A DNA stretch of 29,230 nt from a virus (taxonomy: Duplodnaviria > Caudoviricetes). Shown here one piece after another: positions 1-6,232 of the stretch. The DNA lies in IMG/VR virus record IMGVR_UViG_3300033067_000583, positions 1 to 29,230 of that record; one strand, written 5' to 3'. A model generated the notes under the pieces. That model did no database searches and was not told the DNA's origin. It saw only the letters and a program-made list of their open reading frames with translations. Every line of letters starts with the position of its first letter. Position 1 is the stretch's first letter. The translations under genes were made by a program, and so were the position numbers.

Positions 1-35
1 AAAAATTTGACAGTCGTTGTGAACAGACTAGGCTC

Positions 36-122
36 TTACGGATTGACTTGAGTAAATTGTCGTGTGGTGAGTAAGGCTGCTGTCACGGAACGGGCGGCTA
101 AATTGATTGAATCATTTGCCAT
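36..122 (-). CDS. possible 28-aa peptide (MANDSINLAARSVTAALLTTRQFTQVNP)
   Basis: Translated by hand. Lies downstream of the promoter at 155-183 with a purine-rich GGGAAGGG upstream. No recognisable homology. Confidence 0.3.
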   Translation of the reverse strand: MANDSINLAARSVTAALLTTRQFTQVNP

Positions 123-154
123 TCATTAAGCCCTTCCCGACTGTCTAAGTATAT

Positions 155-183
155 ATTATACAGCGATTGGGGTCGAGATTCAA
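155..183 (-). promoter_or_regulatory. sigma70-type promoter
   Basis: Minus strand TTGAAT-17 bp-TATAAT. Confidence 0.65.
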
Positions 184-214
184 GATTAAATTTCTGGACC
201 CTCAACCGCCATAA

Positions 215-526
215 TCAGCCCAGCTTGGCCACCAGTGCTTCCAGCACGTCGTGGTTGGCCTTTTCCAGCGATTCAAACACTTCTGGGGCCACACCGCAAC
301 GCTGTGCAAGTTGGTCCACCAGGTCTGCTTTACGCACGCGGTGTTGGCCGGTGGCACGGGTTTTAGCCACGTACACGCCTTCACGTGCAAGCTTGGCGAC
401 CACGCTGCGAGTGGTTTTGCCCAGGCGAGTGGCCAGTGCCTCCACGGTTTCACCAGCTTGGTAGCCGGCGACGAGTTCCAGGGTTTGGGCTGGGGTGTAG
501 TTGGTTTTGGTAGCTTCAGTCATCAT
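215..526 (-). CDS. T5 A2-like HTH DNA-binding protein, paralogue 1 (~103 aa)
   Basis: Start reassigned to ATG 526 (or 523) after AAGGAC RBS. NYTP..VEALATRLGKTTRSVVAKLAREGVY..RKADLV..ESLEKAN resembles T5 A2 as recalled and aligns with 1667..1987 and 6233..6556. Confidence 0.75.
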   Translation of the reverse strand: MMTEATKTNYTPAQTLELVAGYQAGETVEALATRLGKTTRSVVAKLAREGVYVAKTRATGQHRVRKADLVDQLAQRCGVAPEVFESLEKANHDVLEALVAKLG

Positions 527-563
527 ATGTCCTTTGGTTGGTTTCTGCGCTGTTAAAGATATT

Positions 564-592
564 ATTATACTGTTAAAAGGGAACATCGTCAA
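564..592 (-). promoter_or_regulatory. sigma70-type promoter for A2 paralogue 1
   Basis: Minus strand TTGACG-17 bp-TATAAT. Confidence 0.75.
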
Positions 593-707
593 ATTCAAAA
601 AATTCGGGGTGTGCGCTGGTATCTTGAAAAATTTCACGAAGTTCTGCGTCCACAAATTCTGAATACTGGTCGTAGTGAAAATCTGCGAAAAAATCGGCTG
701 TTGTCAT
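573..707 (-). CDS. 44-aa acidic/aromatic protein ending in SSB-C-terminus-like FDDVPF
   Basis: ATG 707 after GAAAGGGA RBS with its own promoter (735-763). Sequence MTTADFFADFHYDQYSEFVDAELREIFQDTSAHPEFFEFDDVPF. Confidence 0.65.
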   Translation of the reverse strand: MTTADFFADFHYDQYSEFVDAELREIFQDTSAHPEFFEFDDVPF

Positions 708-734
708 CTGGGATTCCCTTTCATCAATACAATA

Positions 735-763
735 ATTATACAAAAGTTTGGCACTTGCAGCAA
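735..763 (-). promoter_or_regulatory. sigma70-type promoter
   Basis: Minus strand TTGCTG-17 bp-TATAAT. Confidence 0.6.
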
Positions 764-779
764 ATTTAAATTTTCGCAC

Positions 780-976
780 TTGACACGCAAAGGATTACCA
801 CTGTATAATTGGCGCGGCGGGACCCTCAAATTTTTCCACTTGTCAAGGATTACCACTTTGGCGCAGGTGCGCACCTGGTGAGTACTGGAGTACTCATTTT
901 TCATTTTTTATGAGATTTGAATACCAAAGTACACATGTAGGCATTTCGTTCACAATTTCGTCCTGCAAACAAAAGT
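780..976 (+). repeat. antisense promoter-hairpin cassette copy 1 (divergent, with internal duplication)
   Basis: TTGACA(780-785)-18-TATAAT(804-809)-TGGCGC; palindrome CAGGTGCGCACCTG 864-877; hairpin TGAGTAC-tgga-GTACTCA 879-896 plus T-run; TGCAAACAAAAGT 964-976. Confidence 0.75.
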
Positions 977-1003
977 AGTAGTGTTGTTTTTCCGCCACGA
1001 AAA

Positions 1004-1112
1004 TGTAACAGTTTGTAAATTTCCTTGACACGGGCGAAAATTATGTGGTATAATTTTGGCGCAGCAAAGTAATACTTTTGTTTTCAATTCTATCCGAAAA
1101 CAAAAGTATTAC
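1004..1112 (+). repeat. antisense promoter-hairpin cassette copy 2
   Basis: TGTAACAGTTTGTAA 1004-1018; TTGACA(1025-1030)-18-TATAAT(1049-1054)-TTTGGCGC; perfect 17-bp hairpin 1069-1112. Confidence 0.85.
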
Positions 1113-1131
1113 AATTTATTTTGGGCAAAAT

Positions 1132-1156
1132 AAAACCCCGATTATCTCGGGGTTTT
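1132..1156. terminator. bidirectional intrinsic terminator
   Basis: AAAACCCCGA-ttatc-TCGGGGTTTT, between cassette 2 and the stop of the convergent gene. Confidence 0.75.
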
Positions 1157-1160
1157 AAAG

Positions 1161-1412
1161 TTAATCTTGAATTAATGCGGATCTGGGGATTTTAATTAAT
1201 CCAGCCAGATAATCAATTTCCCATTCATAATGCTGGAATACCTCATAATCATAGTCGCCAGTAAATTCCAGCATATAATCGGCGGCTCGATTAATATAAT
1301 CGGGGCGGATTTTCTCAAATGTCCAGCCATTATAATCTTGTGGATTAATTCCTATTTGAGCAAATGTCAGAATCAGGGGTTTATCGGCAAATGAGGGCAA
1401 ATTGAAAAGCAT
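1161..1412 (-). CDS. hypothetical protein (83 aa)
   Basis: ORF with AAAGGA RBS, abutting the upstream ORF (TAAATG). Confidence 0.75.
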   Translation of the reverse strand: MLFNLPSFADKPLILTFAQIGINPQDYNGWTFEKIRPDYINRAADYMLEFTGDYDYEVFQHYEWEIDYLAGLIKIPRSALIQD

Positions 1413-1595
1413 TTATTTTCCTTTCAGAGTGTTTTTAATAACATTAAACAGAAAAAATCCCGCCATGCCAACCCAAAAACCAGGAATTTGATATTGTGCA
1501 TATCCAATGGCTTCGATAAAGTAATTGTAAACAAAATACAAAATCGGATAAACCAGAAAATATGTTCCGAAAATCGCGCCGATAATATGTGCCAT
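1413..1595 (-). CDS. small two-helix membrane protein (60 aa)
   Basis: AAGGA RBS; two hydrophobic segments. Confidence 0.75.
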   Translation of the reverse strand: MAHIIGAIFGTYFLVYPILYFVYNYFIEAIGYAQYQIPGFWVGMAGFFLFNVIKNTLKGK

Positions 1596-1616
1596 TTTAT
1601 TTCCTTTTGAAAAAAT

Positions 1617-1666
1617 CCTATTATAAGGGAGATTATCCCTTATAATAGGGCTTTCGCCCTATTATA
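1617..1666 (-). other. overlapping alternative hairpins in the intergenic region
   Basis: 11-bp stem 1641-1666 (GAAA loop on the minus strand) overlaps a 14-bp stem 1617-1649. Confidence 0.65.
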
Positions 1667-1987
1667 TCAGATTGGCTTAGAATTTGCCAATGCGGAAAAG
1701 ATTTTTTCCAATGCCGTTTTATTGGCTTTTGTCAGGCTTTCAGTTTCAGCCTCTGTCAGTTTCAGAATCGCGCCGATTGCATCGGCGTGAGCGTCTTTTT
1801 TCACAACTGGAGCGCCAGTTTTAGAAACGTAAGTTTTAGCTTTGTAAACGCCCTCGCGTGAGAGTTTGGCAACAATCGAACGAACGGATTTACCCAATTC
1901 GTTTGCAATTTGCTCGGTTGTCACGCCTGCGACATAATCGGCCACCATTTTGGTGGTTTGCTCGGGAGTGTAGTTAATAGTTTTCAT
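1667..1987 (-). CDS. T5 A2-like HTH DNA-binding protein, paralogue 2 (106 aa)
   Basis: Start reassigned to ATG 1987 (GAAAGG RBS). NYTPEQT..IANELGKSVRSIVAKLSREGVY..KKDAHAD..ESLTKANK. Confidence 0.8.
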   Translation of the reverse strand: MKTINYTPEQTTKMVADYVAGVTTEQIANELGKSVRSIVAKLSREGVYKAKTYVSKTGAPVVKKDAHADAIGAILKLTEAETESLTKANKTALEKIFSALANSKPI

Positions 1988-2023
1988 TTTTAGCCTTTCG
2001 TGCTGTGGTGTGTTGAAGTCTCT

Positions 2024-2052
2024 ATTATACATGGGCAAATCAGAAAAAACAA
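2024..2052 (-). promoter_or_regulatory. sigma70-type promoter for A2 paralogue 2
   Basis: Minus strand TTGTTT-17 bp-TATAAT. Confidence 0.6.
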
Positions 2053-2071
2053 GCCAGTGGGCAAAATAAAT

Positions 2072-2193
2072 TGTAACAGTTGCCAGAAATAAATTGTAAC
2101 AAACCCCAAAAAATTTGCAGTTTTTGCTTGACACGGGCCAAAATTATATGATATAATTTTGGCGCAAAATTGAATACCGGAGTATTCAATTTT
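2072..2193 (+). repeat. antisense promoter-hairpin cassette copy 3
   Basis: TGTAAC at 2072 and 2095; TTGACA(2128-2133)-18-TATAAT(2152-2157); 13-bp-arm palindrome 2137-2163; hairpin AAAATTGAATAC-cgga-GTATTCAATTTT 2166-2193 followed by more Ts. Confidence 0.85.
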
Positions 2194-2210
2194 TTCTGAG
2201 AACCTGAGTA

Positions 2211-2426
2211 TTAAAAAAAGTTGTTGTAAATACCTAAAAGGTTTGCGGCAAAAAATGTACCATTAAGTACACCAAGCGCTTTGTCTCGCTTGACCCAGGC
2301 CACGGTCAGCCAAGCGGCAGAACCAAAAGTAAACAAAACATAGCCGATTTTAAACATTGCGCTTGCAACTGCAAACGAACCAAGAATACTTACAAAAGTA
2401 CCGAACCAAGAAACAAAAGTAATCAT
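2211..2426 (-). CDS. small three-helix membrane protein (71 aa)
   Basis: Three hydrophobic segments; ATGA overlap with the upstream SprT-like gene. Confidence 0.75.
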   Translation of the reverse strand: MITFVSWFGTFVSILGSFAVASAMFKIGYVLFTFGSAAWLTVAWVKRDKALGVLNGTFFAANLLGIYNNFF

Positions 2427-2803
2427 TTTCGGGAAATCTCCATTGTGTGATAGGGGTTAGGCTCAAGCCCATAGTTTACCATAATTTCGCACCATTTTTC
2501 GCCGTGGCCGCAAATTTTTTCTGACTCGCCAAACAAGTTAAAATCGGCTTGGTGAATAATCTCATGCGGAAGTATTACATCCATCATGTAATTGAAACAT
2601 TTGGTATTAGCCGCAAAGAATTTGTAACCCATTTGTATGCGGTTTTCATGCTGAAAACATTGTCCAGCGCAACGCCAAAAGTAAGGGTTAAGTTCTATCT
2701 TTGGCTCATTGTAGTGAACCAAAGGTGTATATAATTCGCAAAGTGAATCCCAAATCATTACAGTTTCAAGTTTCAGGTGTTTGATTAAGGCTTTTTTGTC
2801 CAT
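2423..2803 (-). CDS. SprT-like zinc metalloprotease, paralogue 1
   Basis: RCAG..ILPHEIIH..GHGEKW matches the SprT-type HEXXH...HGxxW motif. Confidence 0.8.
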   Translation of the reverse strand: MDKKALIKHLKLETVMIWDSLCELYTPLVHYNEPKIELNPYFWRCAGQCFQHENRIQMGYKFFAANTKCFNYMMDVILPHEIIHQADFNLFGESEKICGHGEKWCEIMVNYGLEPNPYHTMEISRK

Positions 2804-2871
2804 GCCACAATTCTATCACAAAAAGGTGTTGTTTTTTAAACACACACAAAAAATAAGTTATTGAAAAAAGC

Positions 2872-2958
2872 TTGACACGCCCACAATTTATATGATAAAA
2901 TTGGCGCGCCCGCAAACAAAAGTATTCATTTTGCAATGTAACGCTTTTGTTTGCAAAC
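2872..2958 (+). repeat. antisense promoter-hairpin cassette copy 4
   Basis: TTGACA(2872-2877)-18-TAAAAT(2896-2901)-TGGCGC; 11-bp stem GCAAACAAAAG/CTTTTGTTTGC 2912-2954 enclosing TATTCATTT. Confidence 0.8.
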
Positions 2959-2960
2959 GC

Positions 2961-2984
2961 AAAAAAGCCCCGAAGGGCTTTTTT
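2961..2984. terminator. bidirectional intrinsic terminator
   Basis: AAAAAAGCCC-cgaa-GGGCTTTTTT (UUCG loop on the minus strand). Confidence 0.85.
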
Positions 2985-3231
2985 ATTTTCGCGGATTAAT
3001 TTTATAATAGGCGATAATCGAAATAAATATAATGTTGGCCGTATAATTAAAGATTAATGGCCAATGCCATTTTGGGATAATATAAACAATTGTAAATAAT
3101 TCTCCCACGCCCCACATAATTAAAAATCCCCATGTTAATCCGTCAGATTTTCCAGTTTTCCAAGATTCAATGGCCTGAGGTAATCCGCAAAATGCCAACA
3201 AAATCCCGCCAATCCAGCCAATATATTCCAT
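2983..3231 (-). CDS. PQ-loop/SemiSWEET-family membrane protein
   Basis: IGWIGGILLAFCGLPQAIESWKTGKSDGLT with PQ motif, three TM helices and Asn in TM3; GGAG RBS. Confidence 0.8.
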   Translation of the reverse strand: MEYIGWIGGILLAFCGLPQAIESWKTGKSDGLTWGFLIMWGVGELFTIVYIIPKWHWPLIFNYTANIIFISIIAYYKINPRK

Positions 3232-3248
3232 TTGATTATCTCCAGATA

Positions 3249-3268
3249 ATCGGGGATTTCTCCCCGAT
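3249..3268 (-). terminator. stem-loop after the exonuclease gene
   Basis: ATCGGGGA-tttc-TCCCCGAT (GAAA loop on the minus strand); weak U-tract. Confidence 0.5.
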
Positions 3269-3273
3269 ATTAA

Positions 3274-3972
3274 TTAAGCCGCTTTAAAGTGATCTTTAAC
3301 CTGAAATTGTTTCCAATTATATGGGGTCATTTTCTCGCGCCAATCGCGCTTATTTACAATGGCCTGCAAAATCGGCAATTCAAAATCACGGGCATCTTCA
3401 AGGGCAGTATGAGGCTCGATTTTAAATTCACCATCAATAAACCCGCAAACAGATTCCGCAGTGGTGGAAAATGTCATATTGTGATTAACTGTGGGCTTAT
3501 TAAAAAGGTGATTATCCAAAACAAATTGACGATATTTGCGAGAATTGCAAATATTACCAATAGCCGCTTGCCACAAACAAAATTTATTTGTGAAACCGGT
3601 CAAATCAATATCAGTATTTTGGCATTTATCCAAGTCAAAAGCCAGATTATATGCAGTCAAAATCGGGTCATATTTACCAATGGCTTGATTGATCCATTTA
3701 TTTACCGCATTAACTGAGGCCAGCATACGAGTGCCATTATCAAGCATTTTGATATAATTGGCTTTTCGTTTTTCCAAACCAGCATATCCCCAAATATCAT
3801 TGGCTTTTTTATCGTGGAACAATTCAAAATTATTATAATGGCCATTAATCAAAACCGCGCATTGATTGTGAATCTTGCCTTGACGGTCAACGATAATGAT
3901 GGCAAAATCGGCCACGGTGTTTTCGATTGTGGTTTCAGTGTCGAGAATTGCGAAGAATTGTTTTTTAGCCAT
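3274..3972 (-). CDS. DEDDh (DnaQ-like) 3'-5' exonuclease (232 aa)
   Basis: Start reassigned to ATG 3972 (MAKKQFFAILDTETT). ExoI LDTET, ExoII YNLAFD, ExoIII HTALEDA. Confidence 0.85.
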   Translation of the reverse strand: MAKKQFFAILDTETTIENTVADFAIIIVDRQGKIHNQCAVLINGHYNNFELFHDKKANDIWGYAGLEKRKANYIKMLDNGTRMLASVNAVNKWINQAIGKYDPILTAYNLAFDLDKCQNTDIDLTGFTNKFCLWQAAIGNICNSRKYRQFVLDNHLFNKPTVNHNMTFSTTAESVCGFIDGEFKIEPHTALEDARDFELPILQAIVNKRDWREKMTPYNWKQFQVKDHFKAA

Positions 3973-4092
3973 TTTGTTTCCAAATACCGGAACCGCCGGA
4001 TTGTCGCGGATGCCGCATTGTTTGCGGCATGGATGTATTATAACCCAGTTTTTGCCCATTGTGCGGGTTTTTTGCAAATTCCCAAAAAATAA

Positions 4093-4234
4093 AGTGTAAC
4101 AAACCGCCGACATTGTTACAATTAAATGTGTTGTTTTTAGAGGAAAAGGCTTGACACGGGCAAATATTATATAGTATAATATTGGCGCAGTTTTGCAAAC
4201 CAAAGTATTCATTTTTGGTTTGCAAACAAAAGTG
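4093..4234 (+). repeat. antisense promoter-hairpin cassette copy 5
   Basis: TGTAACAAACCGCC..CATTGTTACA; TTGACA(4151-4156)-18-TATAAT(4175-4180)-ATTGGCGC; 13-bp hairpin 4192-4226 with loop GTATTCATT; CAAACAAAAGTG abuts the stop of the convergent gene. Confidence 0.9.
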
Positions 4235-4390
4235 TTATTTTATGCCATATTTTCTTTTTGTTTCATTAATGGCCAATTTTAATTCTCCCCTATATTCATT
4301 ATATAAATGTTTTTGTCCAACAATAAAAAATATAATAGTGTATATTGGAATCAATAACATATTAAGCCAAAATTTAATGCGATTAATCAT
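4235..4390 (-). CDS. 51-aa single-pass membrane protein
   Basis: Translated by hand: MINRIKFWLNMLLIPIYTIIFFIVGQKHLYNEYRGELKLAINETKRKYGIK; AAGGA RBS. Confidence 0.65.
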   Translation of the reverse strand: MINRIKFWLNMLLIPIYTIIFFIVGQKHLYNEYRGELKLAINETKRKYGIK

Positions 4391-4405
4391 TTTATTTCCT
4401 TGATT

Positions 4406-4432
4406 ATATAATCCCCGAAGGGATTATATTTT
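4406..4432. terminator. stem-loop/terminator after the HAD gene
   Basis: ATATAATCCC-cgaa-GGGATTATAT followed by Ts on the plus strand. Confidence 0.6.
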
Positions 4433-4907
4433 AGTGGCCTTGTTTTGAAGGAACATAAACCCCGCGAATATTGAAACGGTCACAAACCGCTTTCAAATAA
4501 GTGGTATTATCTTCATAAAAAGTAAATTCAGCATCCTTGAAATTCTTGAGATTAAAGAATTTAGCCAAGCCAGCGATTTTCAATTTACCGCCTGAAGTAG
4601 TATCGCCGTCAACCCGTGAGATAATATAATCAGGCTCACCCAAAACCGTTTTAATAAATTCATTATCGGCATCACGCAAAACACGGGCAGTAGCGATAAT
4701 CACAAAAGTATTATCGTCAGCCAAATCAGCCCGATATTGTGCGGCCAATGGCAAAAGGGAATCATCCATTGCGCGGTATTCATTTTCGCGCCAGTAGTTC
4801 AAATCAATACGTTCGCCATTTTCGTCAACAATGGTACGATAGCGGTGAAGTGAACACACAATAGTACCATCCATGTCGTAAATTGAAACTTTAGTAATCT
4901 TTGCCAT
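4431..4907 (-). CDS. HAD-superfamily phosphatase (nucleotidase/PNK 3'-phosphatase type)
   Basis: Motif I YDMDGT, motif II ATAR, motif III Lys, motif IV YEDN; AAGGA RBS. Context recalls T5 dmp, but orthology is unverified. Confidence 0.8.
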   Translation of the reverse strand: MAKITKVSIYDMDGTIVCSLHRYRTIVDENGERIDLNYWRENEYRAMDDSLLPLAAQYRADLADDNTFVIIATARVLRDADNEFIKTVLGEPDYIISRVDGDTTSGGKLKIAGLAKFFNLKNFKDAEFTFYEDNTTYLKAVCDRFNIRGVYVPSKQGH

Positions 4908-4986
4908 TTTAGAACATCCTTGTTCGTTGTCGATGAATGAATTATACCCGCAATTTTCCCGATTGTCCCCAATTTCCGCAAAAAGA

Positions 4987-5127
4987 AGTGTAACAAACCG
5001 CCCCCATTGTTACAATTAAATGTGTTGTATTTATGCAAAACCCCTTGACACGCCCAAATATTATATGCTATAATATTGGCGCAAAATGAGAAACAAAAGT
5101 TCTCATTTTGGGTTGCAAACAAAAGTG
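4987..5127 (+). repeat. antisense promoter-hairpin cassette copy 6
   Basis: Near-copy of cassette 5 upstream; TTGACA(5045-5050)-18-TATAAT(5069-5074)-ATTGGCGC; 11-bp hairpin 5082-5110; CAAACAAAAGTG abuts the stop at 5128. Confidence 0.9.
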
Positions 5128-5460
5128 TTATTCTAAGTCAACCTCCGGAATATAAACCTCACGCAAACCAAAAGCCTTTTCCATTTTGCGCGCATATTTA
5201 ATAAACTTGGGCCCATGTGTTTCATGCGCCTTGTTTTCTTCTTGCCACGCATGGATTAGCTCATGGGCAATTAGTACATCCAAATCACGGGTATTATCTT
5301 TGTAATATACCGTAATCAAATGTTCTTTGAGTTTGCCGGTTTTGTCAGAATATTCAGGCTCATATTCGGCATCGGCCCATTTATTTTTACGGGTAATGAT
5401 TCGCAGATTCACGGGCTTTTTTAAACCCAAGAATTTAATATATTCATATAAATTTTTCAT
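5128..5460 (-). CDS. SprT-like zinc metalloprotease, paralogue 2 (110 aa)
   Basis: LIAHELIHAWQ..THGPKF; start 5460 by ATGA coupling with the upstream ORF. Confidence 0.8.
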   Translation of the reverse strand: MKNLYEYIKFLGLKKPVNLRIITRKNKWADAEYEPEYSDKTGKLKEHLITVYYKDNTRDLDVLIAHELIHAWQEENKAHETHGPKFIKYARKMEKAFGLREVYIPEVDLE

Positions 5461-5549
5461 TTTGAAAACCATCCAATCAATGCAATTTTAATTCCCACAA
5501 AAGCAATAAAGCCAACAACATAAGCCAAAAGCAATTCATATTCTGTCAT
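5457..5549 (-). CDS. 30-aa membrane peptide
   Basis: MTEYELLLAYVVGFIAFVGIKIALIGWFSK; tightly packed between neighbouring ORFs. Confidence 0.6.
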   Translation of the reverse strand: MTEYELLLAYVVGFIAFVGIKIALIGWFSK

Positions 5550-5550
5550 A

Positions 5551-5682
5551 TTATGCCCCTGTCATCATTGCAAAATAATCCTCAAATTCCCCATCTGTCC
5601 AAACCCATGCAGGGCACATATTCATGAGGGCATCATAATATGCGCCTGACATATTCCAAACGATGTAAGTATTTGAGTTCAT
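5551..5682 (-). CDS. 43-aa hypothetical protein
   Basis: MNSNTYIVWNMSGAYYDALMNMCPAWVWTDGEFEDYFAMMTGA; 1-nt gaps to neighbouring ORFs. Confidence 0.6.
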   Translation of the reverse strand: MNSNTYIVWNMSGAYYDALMNMCPAWVWTDGEFEDYFAMMTGA

Positions 5683-5683
5683 T

Positions 5684-5818
5684 TTAACGGTCTTTCAATC
5701 GTTTCATTATAGCAACAAACCAAGGTTTGTCAAACAATTCTTTGAGCCGTTGCTCTGGGTTGTACCATTCGCCAGTCTTACGGTCTTGAACCAATTGGGG
5801 TGTTTGTTTGTTCGTCAT
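5684..5818 (-). CDS. 44-aa hypothetical protein, probably leaderless
   Basis: MTNKQTPQLVQDRKTGEWYNPEQRLKELFDKPWFVAIMKRLKDR; TGaTATAAT lies 6 nt before the ATG. Confidence 0.6.
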   Translation of the reverse strand: MTNKQTPQLVQDRKTGEWYNPEQRLKELFDKPWFVAIMKRLKDR

Positions 5819-5899
5819 GTATGTATTATATCAGGGCGGCAAGCATTTCATCATTGTATTTATCAATCGCAGTCATTAATAAAATCAATCGCAAAACCC

Positions 5900-5978
5900 T
5901 TGACACGGGCCAATTATACGTGGTATAATTGGCGCCTCTGGAAACGAAAGTATTCATTTCCAGAGTGCAAACAAAAGG
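5900..5978 (+). repeat. antisense promoter-hairpin cassette copy 7
   Basis: TTGACA(5900-5905)-18-TATAAT(5924-5929)-TGGCGC; 11-bp-arm palindrome 5909-5933; hairpin 5936-5965; TGCAAACAAAAGG abuts the stop at 5979. Confidence 0.85.
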
Positions 5979-6167
5979 TTACATATTCTCAATCGTGTAG
6001 GTGGTCTTGCCAGTCACGCGAACGGGCACGCCACGGAACCATTCGACAGTTTCACAAGTCACAGTCTCATCAGAGTTCGCCCACAGTTCCCGAATCACGC
6101 CGTCCACATCCTCACCAGTTGCCCAAAAGTCCTCACCATAGGCATTTTCAAATTTACCGATCAGCAT
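5979..6167 (-). CDS. hypothetical acidic protein (62 aa)
   Basis: GGAG RBS; extended -10 TGaTATAAT near 6190. Confidence 0.7.
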   Translation of the reverse strand: MLIGKFENAYGEDFWATGEDVDGVIRELWANSDETVTCETVEWFRGVPVRVTGKTTYTIENM

Positions 6168-6232
6168 TTCATTCTCCAGTTAAAAAACAATTATATCACA
6201 GAAAATGCAGGGGCCAAAGCCCCTACAATCTA

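Noticed and set aside
3973-4212. N-terminal extensions in the ORF track (also 527-655, 708-779, 1988-2134, 6560-6625)
   Set aside because: They run through promoters or cassettes. Internal ATGs with RBSs match the paralogue or domain starts.
4799-5122. Minus-strand ORFs 4799..5122 and 3965..4225 that resemble each other
   Set aside because: The similarity is simply translation of the repeated DNA cassette.
810-5935. Conserved GGCGC as T5-type single-strand nick sites
   Set aside because: T5 nicks begin with GCGC, but four bases is too little evidence. Position at the discriminator/TSS and in the palindrome arm explains the motif. Only nick mapping could support it.
780-5978. Cassettes as a CRISPR array
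   Set aside because: The repeats are degenerate, promoter-shaped and separated by hundreds of bp of genes. There are no uniform spacers and no cas genes.
4094-5981. Cassettes as integron attC sites (stop codon in TAAC at one end, GTTAC at the other)
   Set aside because: They do not fit RYYYAAC/GTTRRRY, show no end-to-end attC fold with L boxes, and there is no integrase in the window. The TAAC junction occurs in only some copies.
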